DNA from: Gaiellales bacterium
GTDB lineage: Bacteria > Actinomycetota > Thermoleophilia > Gaiellales > JAICJC01
Length of the DNA stretch: 43,535 nt
Assembly: GCA_035639615.1 (NCBI GenBank)
Contig: DASQXS010000167.1
Span: forward strand, 1 to 43,535
Direction: 5' to 3'
The position numbers and the translations under genes were made by a program. The notes beneath the pieces are model-generated. The model worked only from the letters and a program-made list of their open reading frames with translations. It had not been told where the DNA came from and did not search any database. This document shows, piece after piece, positions 7,999-16,938 of the stretch (its first letter is position 1; each line of letters begins with the position of its first letter).

Positions 7999-9333
7999 TC
8001 AGGCAGCGGCGGCGGCCGCCTGGCGGCCCGAGAGCGTCTGCGACGTCGATCCCGTCACGAGGACGTCGACCAGCGCGCCGGCGGGCGCGTCGCCCGTGAA
8101 GTTGAGCGCCTTCCCGCCGCGCGTCCGCCCGCGGAGCGTTGCGGGATCGGTGCGGCTCGGGCCCTCGACCAGCACCTCCTGCGTCGTCCCCACGAGCGCG
8201 GCGTTGTGGGCGGCGGCGTGGTGCTGGATCCGGTCGACGAGCCGCTCGATCCGGTCGCGCTTCACCTCGTCCGGCACCTGGTCGGGCATCCGCGCGGCCT
8301 CGGTGCCGCGCCGCGGCGAGTAGACGAACGTGAACGCGTGGTCGTAGCCGACCTCGTCGACGAGCGAGAGCGTCTCCCCAAACTCCGCCTCGGTCTCGCC
8401 GGGAAAGCCGACGATGATGTCCGTCGTCAGGGCGATGTCCGGGATGGCGGCGCGGATGCGCTCCACCAGGGCGAGGTAGCGCTCGCGCGAGTAGGTGCGG
8501 CGCATCGCCTTCAGCACCCGCGTCGATCCCGACTGCACGGGCAGGTGGAGCTGCTCGCAGACGGCGTCGCACTCGGCCATGGCCGCGATGACGTCGTCGC
8601 GCATGTCCTTCGGGTGGGGGCTCGTGAACCGGATGCGGTCGATCCCGTCCACACCGTCCAGCGTGCGGAGGAGGGCGGCGAAGCTGGTGTCGACGGCGGG
8701 GCGCAGGTCGCGCCCGTAGGAGTTCACGTTCTGGCCGAGCAGGGTGAGCTCGCGGACGCCGTCGGCGGCCAGGAGCGACGCCTCGTGCTCCAGGTCGTCG
8801 GGATGCCGGCTGTGCTCCCGCCCGCGCACCGAGGGCACGATGCAGTACGCGCAGTTGCAGTTGCAGCCGGTCGAGATCTGAAGCCACGCCTGATGGCGGC
8901 GGTCGCGCTTCAGCGGCAGGTCGCCGGCGAACGTGTCGAACGTCGAGAAGTGGCCGCGCGGGATCTCGCCCCCGGCCTCGATGAAGTCGCCCAGGCGGTG
9001 GATGTTCCCGGGGCCGAACGCCAGGTCGACGAACGGAAACTGATCGAAGAGCTCGTCCTTCATCGACTCCGACCAGCACCCCCCGACCACGATCACCTTG
9101 TCGGGGTCGCGCCGCTTCGCCGACCGCGCGTCCATGAGGTGCGCGACGAGGCGGTCGTCCGCCTTCTCGCGGATCGTGCACGTGTTGAAGACCAGGAAGT
9201 CGGCCTCTTCGCGGGAGGGGGCCTCGCCGAGCCCGAGCGACTCCAGGAGGCCCTTGATCCGCTCGGAGTCGTGCACGTTCATCTGGCAGCCGAACGTGGT
9301 CACGTGGTAGCGCCTATGCAGATGGTCAGTCAC
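7999..9333 (-). CDS. miaB: tRNA-2-methylthio-N6-dimethylallyladenosine synthase (radical SAM methylthiotransferase)
   Basis: UPF0004 N-domain (TFGCQMNVHDSE), radical-SAM CNCNCAYC (CX3CX2C) and a C-terminal TRAM domain. 444 aa, GTG start. Confidence 0.9.
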   Translation of the reverse strand: MTDHLHRRYHVTTFGCQMNVHDSERIKGLLESLGLGEAPSREEADFLVFNTCTIREKADDRLVAHLMDARSAKRRDPDKVIVVGGCWSESMKDELFDQFPFVDLAFGPGNIHRLGDFIEAGGEIPRGHFSTFDTFAGDLPLKRDRRHQAWLQISTGCNCNCAYCIVPSVRGREHSRHPDDLEHEASLLAADGVRELTLLGQNVNSYGRDLRPAVDTSFAALLRTLDGVDGIDRIRFTSPHPKDMRDDVIAAMAECDAVCEQLHLPVQSGSTRVLKAMRRTYSRERYLALVERIRAAIPDIALTTDIIVGFPGETEAEFGETLSLVDEVGYDHAFTFVYSPRRGTEAARMPDQVPDEVKRDRIERLVDRIQHHAAAHNAALVGTTQEVLVEGPSRTDPATLRGRTRGGKALNFTGDAPAGALVDVLVTGSTSQTLSGRQAAAAAA

Positions 9334-9490
9334 GGACGTCGGAGTTGAAGCTGGACGGCAACATCAGGGGTGTCGAACGTTCGCGGCCGGGAGGGCGATA
9401 CCCACATCGGCCCGGGCGACCGGCGGCGCCGGATCGAAGGATACGCGACGGCCAACGAGCACAACGTCGGGGGCCTGGGAACCGGGTGCG

Positions 9491-9934
9491 TCACCCCCGT
9501 TCCAGCAGCGCCTTGACGGCCTGAAGCTGCCGGCGCATCCGGCCGGGCACCATCAGCCTCACCATTGGCGTCATCAGCTTGCCGGCGCCGCGCAGCCGCA
9601 CGTCCCACACCCATTCCATCCGCGTCGCGCCGTCCCCGCTGGGATCGAACGTCTGGGAGCCGACGACGGTCCCGGGAAGCGGCGTCTTTGACACCAGAAA
9701 GCCGATCCGGTGCGGCCGGTCGAACTCGGTGATCTCGTACGCGATGTCCTTCGTCTGGCCCATCATCTTCACGGCGCCCTCGAAGCGCGCGCCCACCCCG
9801 ATCGGCTCGCTGGTGGTGAGCGCCATCGCCGTGTTGTCCGGATTCCAGCGAGGCTCGTTGCGGCCGTCGGCGATCAGGTCGAACACCTCCTCCGGCGACC
9901 GGTCGATGGTGATCGCATCACGAAACGTCGGCAT
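9491..9934 (-). CDS. SRPBCC-family protein (polyketide cyclase/dehydrase-like lipid-binding fold)
   Basis: 147 aa. The N-terminus IDRSPEEVFDLIADGRNEPRWNP is typical of SRPBCC proteins. A strong SD, GGAGGAGG, lies upstream of the ATG. Confidence 0.7.
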   Translation of the reverse strand: MPTFRDAITIDRSPEEVFDLIADGRNEPRWNPDNTAMALTTSEPIGVGARFEGAVKMMGQTKDIAYEITEFDRPHRIGFLVSKTPLPGTVVGSQTFDPSGDGATRMEWVWDVRLRGAGKLMTPMVRLMVPGRMRRQLQAVKALLERG

Positions 9935-10113
9935 ATTCAGGAAGCCTCCTCCTGCTCGCAGGCTGACGCGCCGACGCTACCAGGCCCGCCGCGAGGGCCG
10001 CCGAGTTCGGGCCGGACCGGCGCGACGGATCCGCTCGTGCAGGCGGGCCGGTACGCAGCGTAGGTGGCCGGCGATGGCCCCGCGCGGAAGCGCCGCCCTC
10101 TAACCTGGGCGTC

Positions 10114-10959
10114 ATGTGGGTCGGGAGGCTCGACGACCTCGCCGAGTACCGGCGCCGGGTGGCGCCGCTCCTCGAGGAGGACGAGGTCCGGCATACCGTC
10201 ATGCTGGGCGTGCTGGACACGCTCGCGCGCGAGCCCGACCGCTACCCCGGACACGCGCTGTGGCTCGCGGCGGAGGGGGAGGAGCCGCTTGCGGCGGCGA
10301 CGCGAACCCCGCCGTTTCACGTCCTCGTGGCCCGGCCGCGCAGCCGCGAGCCGCTCGTCGCGCTCGCCGAGGAGATGCACCGGCAGGGCGCCGACGCCCC
10401 CGGCGTGAACGGTGCCCGCCCGGAGGCGGACTGGTTCGCCGAGGCGTGGCGCGCGGCGACGGGCTGCGCGCTCGAGGACGGCATGCAGCTGCGCCTGCAT
10501 GCGCTCGAGCGAGTCGAGCCGGTGCCGGCAGCTCCCGGCATGATGCGCGCGGCCGTCGCCGCCGACGAGTCGCACCTGGTCGCGTGGATGGCTGCCTTCG
10601 CCGAGGAGGCGGGGATCCAGGGAAGCGACGAGCAGCACACGGCGATGATCCGCGGCGGCCTCGACCGGCCGCTCGGGGTCGTCCTGTGGGAGGACGCAGG
10701 CGAGCCGGTCTCGTTCGCGGCATCGCGGCGGACGTCAGCCGGCATCGCCCGGGTCGGCCCCGTCTACACGCCGCCGGAGCGTCGCCGCCGCGGCTACGCG
10801 ACCGCCCTCGTGGCCGGCCTGACGCGGGAGCTCCTGGCCGCCGGGGCCGAGCGCTGCCTGCTCTACACCGACCTGGCCAACCCGACCTCGAACGCGATCT
10901 ACCGCTCCATCGGGTATCAGCCCCTCCTGGACGCGGTCGAGATCAACTTCGTGACGTAA
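10114..10959 (+). CDS. GNAT-family N-acetyltransferase (two-lobed, 281 aa)
   Basis: The C-terminal acetyl-CoA motif reads PPERRRRGYATALVAGLTRELLAAGAERCLLYTDLANPTSNAIYRSIGY. TAACCT lies 7 nt upstream of the ATG. Confidence 0.75.
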   Translation: MWVGRLDDLAEYRRRVAPLLEEDEVRHTVMLGVLDTLAREPDRYPGHALWLAAEGEEPLAAATRTPPFHVLVARPRSREPLVALAEEMHRQGADAPGVNGARPEADWFAEAWRAATGCALEDGMQLRLHALERVEPVPAAPGMMRAAVAADESHLVAWMAAFAEEAGIQGSDEQHTAMIRGGLDRPLGVVLWEDAGEPVSFAASRRTSAGIARVGPVYTPPERRRRGYATALVAGLTRELLAAGAERCLLYTDLANPTSNAIYRSIGYQPLLDAVEINFVT

Positions 10960-10968
10960 CCTCCGGGG

Positions 10969-11473
10969 ATGGCCGTCTCGGTCGAGTTCGTGCAGGGCGA
11001 CATCACGACGATCCCGGTCGACGCGATCGTGAACGCCGCTAACTCCGGGCTGCGCGGCGGCGGCGGCGTCGACGGTGCGATCCACCGCGCCGGCGGTCCG
11101 GCGATCATGGAGGAGTGCCGGGCGCTCGGCGGCTGTCCGACCGGCGATGCGAAGGCAACGAGCCGCCGGCGACCTCCCGGCCCGCCATGTCATCCACGCC
11201 GTCGGGCCGCGCTGGCGGGGCGGCGACGCCGGCGAGGACGACCTCCTCGCCTCGGCGCACCGCCGCTCCGTCGAGGTGGCCGACGAGCTGGGCTGTGCGT
11301 CCATGTCCTTCCCGGCGATCTCGACCGGGATCTACGGCTTCCCGATCGCGCGGGCGGCGCCGATCGCCATCCGGGCCGCCCGCGAGGCGGCAGAAGGCTC
11401 GGCGAACGTCCGCAGGGTCGTCTTCGTGCTCTTCTCGGCGGGCGACCTCGAGGCCTACCGCGCGGCGACCTGA
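10969..11473 (+). pseudogene. Macro-domain protein (YmdB/MacroD-like O-acetyl-ADP-ribose deacetylase) interrupted by a +1 frameshift near 11158-11163
   Basis: Frame 1 gives [64 protein letters not shown]. The homology then continues in frame 2: [61 protein letters not shown]...VVFVLFS, ending at the stop at 11473. Deleting one nt (for example the a at 11161) restores an uninterrupted YmdB-length alignment. Confidence 0.75.
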
Positions 11474-11483
11474 GGCCGGTCGG

Positions 11484-12005
11484 TCAGAGCCGAAGCTCGA
11501 ACACCACCAGGGTGCGCTCGCCGGCCGCAATCTTGTGCGGGCGCCGGTCGATCTCGCGCATGCCGAGCCGCCGGGCGAGGGCGAGGCCGCCCGTGTTCTC
11601 CTCGAGGACACCCTCCCGCAGGCGCGCCCAGCCGGACCTGCGCCCGTGGGCGGCGAGCCCCCCGACCGCCTCGGTCGCGAGGCCGAGCCGCTGGTGGTCG
11701 GCGTGCACCATGACGAGTCCGAGCCATGGGCAGCCGTCCGAGGGGTTCTCGTCCATCCAGTCGAGCACACCGGTGCACTCGCCGGTCGCGCGGAGCCGCA
11801 GGGCCGCGGCGTGCCGGCCCGGCGTCATGCCGGCCAGGGCGAGGTCGCGCTCGAGCATCCCGCGGTCGTAGCGGCCCGGCTCACCGGCCGATCCCTCCGT
11901 GAGCTCGAGGTAGGCCGGGTTCGAGAGGTGGACCGCGACCACGTCGTCGAGGTCGGCTTCGGCGATCTCGCCCGCCGTGAGCCGGGCGGTCTCGAAGATG
12001 CTCAC
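11484..12005 (-). CDS. GNAT-family N-acetyltransferase (173 aa), last gene of the two-component operon
   Basis: The sequence [22 protein letters not shown]...[27 protein letters not shown]...LALARRLGM shows the acetyltransferase A/B motifs. The GTG at 12005 overlaps the upstream TGA (GTGA). Confidence 0.75.
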   Translation of the reverse strand: MSIFETARLTAGEIAEADLDDVVAVHLSNPAYLELTEGSAGEPGRYDRGMLERDLALAGMTPGRHAAALRLRATGECTGVLDWMDENPSDGCPWLGLVMVHADHQRLGLATEAVGGLAAHGRRSGWARLREGVLEENTGGLALARRLGMREIDRRPHKIAAGERTLVVFELRL

Positions 12006-12442
12006 GCCGCGAGCACGCGGGCGGCCTCGTCGCACACCGCCTCGGCGACGCCGGCCAGCGAGCTCGCGTCGACGATCAGCTGCACGGCGACCCCGCTTCG
12101 GGTCGGCTCGGCCGCCCGCGCCCGGCCGGCGTCGACCCAGGCGGCGACGGCCACCTCGTCCATCGCCCGGGGCACGCTCGGCGGCGAGAGGTCGAGCCCG
12201 AAGACCTCGTCTGCGGGCACGAAGTGGCCGAAGCCGTCCGCGGCGGCATCGAGCAGGGCGTGGCCGAGCGCGAAGAGCTCGGCGGGCGTGAGCGTGCCCT
12301 CGCGCACATGTGCGACAGCGGCTCCGCCGGCGTGCAGCACCAGCTCGTAGGGCACGGACTCGGCGAACGGCTCGCCCTGGACAGTGAGCTCGACCGAGAT
12401 GCCCGTCAGCTCCTGCTCGCAGTCGCAGAGGCGGTACCTCAC
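12002..12442 (-). CDS. Hypothetical strongly acidic protein (146 aa, no family recognised)
   Basis: The GTG at 12442 overlaps the kinase TGA (GTGA), and its own stop overlaps the GNAT start. About 22 Asp/Glu against 8 Arg and no Lys. The N-terminal part of track ORF 12002..12727 is out-of-frame kinase sequence. Confidence 0.55.
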   Translation of the reverse strand: MRYRLCDCEQELTGISVELTVQGEPFAESVPYELVLHAGGAAVAHVREGTLTPAELFALGHALLDAAADGFGHFVPADEVFGLDLSPPSVPRAMDEVAVAAWVDAGRARAAEPTRSGVAVQLIVDASSLAGVAEAVCDEAARVLAA

Positions 12443-13866
12443 CGCCGCCCCACGATCCGCTTCTTGCGCGGCAGTGACAGGGTGAACGTGGAGCCGGTGC
12501 CCGGGCTGCTCTCGACCGAGAGCCGCCCGCCCAGCGCCTGCGCCAGCTCGCGTGAGATGGAGAGGCCGAGGCCGGTGCCGCCCTCGCCGCGGCGGCTGTA
12601 GAAGGGGTGGAAGACGGCCTCCCGCTCGGCCGGCGAGATGCCGCGGCCGGTATCGGTGACCCGGATCGCCGCGATCCCGTTGGTGGTCGCGCAGGCCAGC
12701 TCCACCCGGCCGCCGCGCGGCGTCCACCGGAAGGCGTTGTCGAGCAGGTTGTTCACGATCTGGAGCACCCGGTCGCCGTCGGTGATCACCGTCGGCGCCC
12801 CCTCGATCGGCGTCTCGAACGTGATGTCGACCATGCGCGCCTTCTCGCGGAAGGACGACGCCGCCCGCTCGAGCAGCGCCTCGAGGCCAACCTCCTCCCG
12901 CACGACCCGGAACTGGTGGGCCTCGAGCCGGGTCAGGTCGAGCAGGTCGCCGACGAGCCGGTCGAGCCGGCGCACCTCCTCGTTCACCGCCTCGAGCGAC
13001 TCATCGAGCTCGTCGGGCCCGACGACGCCCTCCGTGACCGCCTGGACGTGGCCCGAGATGGCGGTGAGCGGCGTCCGCAGCTCGTGGGTGACGCGCATCA
13101 GGAAGTTCCGCTCGAGCTCGTCCACCTCGCGCAGGCGGTCGACCATGCCCTGGAACCGGATGGCGAGCTGGCCGAGCTCGTCGTCGGCGGGCCGCCTGCC
13201 GATCACGTGCACGTCGAGGTCGCCGCGGGCGACGCGGTCGGCGGCGGAGCCGATCACCCTGAGCGGATGGGTGATGCGGCGGGCGACGTACGTCGCCAGG
13301 ATGAGGGCGACCGCCAGGCCGACGGCGAGGCCGACGCCGACGAGGCCGATCACGTTCTTCCACGCGTTGTTGATGTCGGCAAGGGGGCGAGCGAGGACGA
13401 CCGCACCGACCACCTGGTCGTTGCCGAACGGGAAAACGCCGGACGCGACGCCGATATATGACGTGCCCTTGAGCGTGAACGGAAACGTCCGGTGTTGGCC
13501 GGGCTTGAGCGTCTTCCACTGGAGGTCGACCGGAACCTTCGCCGTGCTCTTCGGCAGGTACTGGACGTTCCGCCGCTGGTTGGGGAACGGCGGCGGGCCA
13601 GCGTAGTAGATGGTGGCGTTCGAGATCTGGGCGAGCGAGCTCGCTGCGACGATCGGGGGTGCTTTGCGGCCGTTCCGCTGGACCTGGCTGATCGCCTTGG
13701 CGTAGTACGTCGCGAGGCCGTCGACCTCGCGTTGGAGCTGGGTCGTCGTCTGGTCGCGGTTGTACGACTGGTACAGGCTGACGACGACCACGCCGGCGAT
13801 GACGGTCGCCAGCACGAGCGTGCCGGCGAACAGGAATGCGAGCCGTGCCCTAAGTGACTGCAGCAT
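12439..13866 (-). CDS. Sensor histidine kinase (2 TM, periplasmic loop, HAMP, HisKA, HATPase_c)
   Basis: H-box VTHELRTPLTAISGHV, N-box LLDNAFRWTP and G-boxes DTGRGI/GTGLGLSI. TM helices flank a loop of about 130 aa. I chose the ATG at 13866 (MLQSLRARLAFLF), which overlaps the regulator gene by 17 nt. The track start at 13905 is less likely. Confidence 0.85.
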   Translation of the reverse strand: MLQSLRARLAFLFAGTLVLATVIAGVVVVSLYQSYNRDQTTTQLQREVDGLATYYAKAISQVQRNGRKAPPIVAASSLAQISNATIYYAGPPPFPNQRRNVQYLPKSTAKVPVDLQWKTLKPGQHRTFPFTLKGTSYIGVASGVFPFGNDQVVGAVVLARPLADINNAWKNVIGLVGVGLAVGLAVALILATYVARRITHPLRVIGSAADRVARGDLDVHVIGRRPADDELGQLAIRFQGMVDRLREVDELERNFLMRVTHELRTPLTAISGHVQAVTEGVVGPDELDESLEAVNEEVRRLDRLVGDLLDLTRLEAHQFRVVREEVGLEALLERAASSFREKARMVDITFETPIEGAPTVITDGDRVLQIVNNLLDNAFRWTPRGGRVELACATTNGIAAIRVTDTGRGISPAEREAVFHPFYSRRGEGGTGLGLSISRELAQALGGRLSVESSPGTGSTFTLSLPRKKRIVGRR

Positions 13867-14539
13867 CGTCAGCGACTTTGTAGCCCACGCCCCAAACGGT
13901 GGCAACCGGGCAGTCGTCGCCGAGCTTGCGCCTGAGCTGGCGCACGTGCACGTCCACGGTGCGGGTGTCGCCCGCGAAGGTGTAGCCCCAGACCCGCTCG
14001 AGCAGCTGGTCGCGCGTCAGGACGAGCCCGCGGTGGTCGAGCAGCTCCCACAGGAGGTCGAACTCCTTCGGCGCGAGCTGGATCTGCTCGCCCGACACGG
14101 TGACCTCGCGGCGGCCGGCGTCGATGCGCAGCTTGCCGTGCTCCATCGCCGCTTCCTGCGGCTTCCTGTGATGGCCGGTGGAGCGGCGCAGGATCGACTT
14201 GATGCGCGCGACGAGCTCGCGTGGGTTGAACGGCTTCGTCAGGTAGTCGTCGGCGCCGACCTCGAGGCCGACGATCTTGTCCACGTCGTCGTCGCGGGCC
14301 GTGAGCATGAGGATCGGCACGTCGGACGACGACCGGATCTGCCGGCAGACCTCGAGGCCGTCGATGTCGGGGAGCATGAGGTCGAGCACGACCAGGTCGG
14401 GCTTCGCCGCGTCGGCCTTCTGCAGCGCCTCGGTCCCGTCGCGGGCGATCTCGACCTGGTAGCGCGCGTTCTTCAGATACATCGAGACGAACGAGGCGAT
14501 GTTCCGCTCGTCCTCGACGACGAGGATCTTCTCCGGCAT
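13850..14539 (-). CDS. OmpR/PhoB-family response regulator
   Basis: MPEKILVVEDE...DLVVLDLMLPDIDG...TARDD...KPF is the receiver domain, followed by a winged-helix output domain (RTVDVHVRQLRRKLG...VWGVGYK). I chose the ATG at 14539, which is preceded by TACTCT-N6. Confidence 0.9.
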   Translation of the reverse strand: MPEKILVVEDERNIASFVSMYLKNARYQVEIARDGTEALQKADAAKPDLVVLDLMLPDIDGLEVCRQIRSSSDVPILMLTARDDDVDKIVGLEVGADDYLTKPFNPRELVARIKSILRRSTGHHRKPQEAAMEHGKLRIDAGRREVTVSGEQIQLAPKEFDLLWELLDHRGLVLTRDQLLERVWGYTFAGDTRTVDVHVRQLRRKLGDDCPVATVWGVGYKVADDAAVT

Positions 14540-14585
14540 GGGCGTAGAGTACCGCGTCACGGCGTCGGCACGGCCGCGGAGGCGC

Positions 14586-15074
14586 TCACAGCTTGAAGCT
14601 GGCGCCGCCGCTGGGCCATGACCTGCGCGAGCCGCCGTTCAGGTGATAGCCGCCGGATCCCTTGATGTAGACGCCGCCGCTCGCGACGACGCTCAGGCTG
14701 ACGCCGCGGCCCTTGACCTGCAGCCACCACACCGTGCTGACCGAGAAGTAGATGGTGCGGGTGGACGTGCAGACGCGGACGTTCGAGTTCGATGGGTCGG
14801 CCGTGGTCTTGCACGGATTGCCGTTGATCGTGAGCGACCAGTCCTTGTGGCCGTTCGAGGACTTGTCCTGGACCTTGACCGTGCCGCTCGAGATGCTCCC
14901 CCACTCCGCGCCGTTCCCGTTGACGCCGAGCGTTCCGGTGCCGGTCGCGTCCAGCGAGCCGCAGTTCGACCCGCATGACTTGGCGATGCCCGTCAACGCG
15001 GCGGAGGCGGATTGTGGAGCGACGAGCGCCGCGACCCCGATAGCACATACAGCCAGGACTGCAAACCGGCTCAT
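14586..15074 (-). CDS. Secreted hypothetical protein (signal peptide, 4 Cys, Gly/Ser/Asn/Thr-rich beta-type sequence)
   Basis: MSRFAVLAVCAIGVAALVAPQSASA is a Sec signal with an ASA cleavage motif. The mature part has no Arg/Pro artefact composition. GATAAT-N6-ATG lies upstream. Confidence 0.65.
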   Translation of the reverse strand: MSRFAVLAVCAIGVAALVAPQSASAALTGIAKSCGSNCGSLDATGTGTLGVNGNGAEWGSISSGTVKVQDKSSNGHKDWSLTINGNPCKTTADPSNSNVRVCTSTRTIYFSVSTVWWLQVKGRGVSLSVVASGGVYIKGSGGYHLNGGSRRSWPSGGASFKL

Positions 15075-15155
15075 GGCCTCATTATCGGCAGACGTCGCCG
15101 GAATGCTCCAGAGGTCTGGTGTAATCCTTCTGTAAAGACTGCAGCGTGCTCGGGG

Positions 15156-16685
15156 CTACTTCGCCACCTCGACGGCGCGCGACTCGCGGATCACGGTCAC
15201 CTTGATCTGGCCGGGGTACTCGAGCTGCTCCTCGATCTCGCGGGCGATCTCGTGGCTGAGAAGCGCGGCGCCGTCGTCGTCCACGTCCTCCGGCCTCACC
15301 ATGACGCGCACCTCGCGGCCGGCCTGCATCGCGTAGCAGCGCTCGACGCCGGGCTTCGACGTGGCGATCTTCTCCAGCGACTCCAGCCGCTTGATGTAGT
15401 GCTCGAGGCTCTCCCCGCGGCCGCCTGGCCGCGACGCCGAGACGGCATCTGCGGCGATCACGAGCACCGACTCGACCGTCTGCGGCTCGACGTCGTAGTG
15501 GTGAGCCTCGATGGCGTGGCAGACGCTCGGCGATTCGCGATACTTCTTCGCCATCTGGGCCGAGATGACGGCGTGGGGTCCCTCCACCTCATGGGTGATC
15601 GCCTTGCCGATGTCGTGGAGCAGCGCGGCCCGCCGGGCCGTCTTCTGGCTCGCGCCCAACTCGGCCGCCATGATCGAGGCGAGGTGGGCGCACTCGATGG
15701 AGTGCTTGAGCACGTTCTGGCCATAGCTCGTCCGGTAGTGGAGCCGGCCGAGGACCTTCACCAGCTCGGGGTGGAGGCCGTGGACGTTGGCCTCGAAGCA
15801 GGCCTGTTCGCCGGCCTGGACGATCTGCTGCTCGATCTGGGCCTTGGCCTGGTAGTAGGTCTCCTCGATCCGGGACGGGTGGATGCGGCCGTCGGCGATA
15901 AGCGTCTCGATGGTGGTCCGGGCGATCTCGCGGCGGACGCCGTCAAAGGCGGAGAGGACGACCGCCTGGGGGGTGTCGTCGATGATGACGTCGACGCCGG
16001 TCAGGTTCTCGAGGGCGCGGATGTTCCGGCCCTCGCGGCCGATGATGCGCCCCTTCAGGTCGTCGGAGGCGAGCTGCACCACCGACACCGTCGTCTCGGC
16101 CGTATGGCCGGAGGCTGTGCGCTGGATCGCCACCGAGAGGATGTTCCGGGCCCGCTTGTCCGCCTCGAGCCGCGCCTCCTCCTCGATCCGGCGGACGAGC
16201 TTCGCCATGTCGGCTCGGCACTCCTCCTCGACCTTCTGGAGCAGCGCCTCCCGGCCCTGCGCCGCGGTCATGCCCGCGATCCTCTCGAGCTCGGCGACCT
16301 CGGCGTCGCGGGCCGCCTTCAGCTCCTCCTGGAGCTGCTTCGCGTGCGCCTCACGGTCGGCGATCGACTGCTCGCGTCGCGCCTGCTCCTCGATGCGCGC
16401 CTCGAGCTGCGCCTGGGTCGCGGTCATGCGCTCCTCGACCTTGATCACCTCGGCGCGCCGCTCAGCGAGCTCGCGCTCCTGGTCGGTGCGCTGCGCGAGA
16501 AGCTCCTCGCGGGCCGAGACCCGCGCCTCCTTCACCTGGGCGTCCGCCTGCCGGCGGGCATCGTCCAGGATGCGCTGCGCCTCCCGCTCGGCATCGCCGA
16601 TCCGGCCACGGCGTCGCTGGGTTTCGGCGACGAAGCCGAGGGCGGCGCCCCCGGCGAGGGCAAGCACGATCAGCAAGGGCTCCAC
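15156..16685 (-). CDS. rny: Ribonuclease Y
   Basis: N-terminal TM helix, a long coiled-coil ([21 protein letters not shown]...), a KH domain ([17 protein letters not shown]) and an HD domain (LLHDIGKA). SD AAGGAG lies upstream of the GTG. Confidence 0.9.
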   Translation of the reverse strand: MEPLLIVLALAGGAALGFVAETQRRRGRIGDAEREAQRILDDARRQADAQVKEARVSAREELLAQRTDQERELAERRAEVIKVEERMTATQAQLEARIEEQARREQSIADREAHAKQLQEELKAARDAEVAELERIAGMTAAQGREALLQKVEEECRADMAKLVRRIEEEARLEADKRARNILSVAIQRTASGHTAETTVSVVQLASDDLKGRIIGREGRNIRALENLTGVDVIIDDTPQAVVLSAFDGVRREIARTTIETLIADGRIHPSRIEETYYQAKAQIEQQIVQAGEQACFEANVHGLHPELVKVLGRLHYRTSYGQNVLKHSIECAHLASIMAAELGASQKTARRAALLHDIGKAITHEVEGPHAVISAQMAKKYRESPSVCHAIEAHHYDVEPQTVESVLVIAADAVSASRPGGRGESLEHYIKRLESLEKIATSKPGVERCYAMQAGREVRVMVRPEDVDDDGAALLSHEIAREIEEQLEYPGQIKVTVIRESRAVEVAK

Positions 16686-16732
16686 CGCGTGCTCCTTATG
16701 TACGTGCCGCCGTGCGGGCGGCGGGGATCAGA

Positions 16733-16930
16733 TCAATCTGCCGGCCAGACCGCCGCCGTCCACCGGGGCGTGCCGAGGCTCGAACCGTCTCCGCGCGCGG
16801 CGAAGGGTGGGCGCGAACTGATCGTAAACGTGTACCGGTGCATATCACCCGCCGTGGCGGGAGAGATATCGACGACGCCGGCGAAGCCGGACTCGGAGAA
16901 ATGGTAGTCCAGCGCGTCCGGGCCGGGCAA
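16733..16930 (-). CDS. Candidate small ORF (65 aa) between recX and rny, no homology recognised
   Basis: TTG start 8 nt after the recX stop. By hand count GC3 is about 81% and GC2 about 63%. The composition is not artefact-like (LDYHFSESGFAGVVDISPATAGDMHRYTFTIS). Weak evidence only. Confidence 0.3.
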   Translation of the reverse strand: MPGPDALDYHFSESGFAGVVDISPATAGDMHRYTFTISSRPPFAARGDGSSLGTPRWTAAVWPAD

Positions 16931-16938
16931 TGGAGGCG

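Noticed and set aside
7537-9348. 603-aa plus-strand ORF antisense to miaA and miaB
   Set aside because: No recognisable motifs and an extreme Arg/Gly/Asp/Val bias. The opposite strand encodes textbook MiaA and MiaB.
9374-9383. CGAACGTTCG upstream of miaB as a second LexA/SOS box
   Set aside because: The half-sites match, but the obligatory 4-nt spacer of GAAC-N4-GTTC is absent. I keep it only as part of the AACGTT-palindrome observation.
11162-11871. Continuation of ORF 10969..11871 as a genuine 300-aa protein
   Set aside because: After about nt 11160 the frame-1 translation becomes Arg/Pro-rich nonsense, while frame 2 continues the macro-domain homology. I interpret this as a frameshifted gene rather than a novel fusion.
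15012-16907. 631-aa plus-strand ORF antisense to rny
   Set aside because: Low-complexity Leu/Arg/Asp/Gly sequence mirroring the rny coiled-coil codons. RNase Y on the minus strand has TM, KH and HD signatures and a proper SD.
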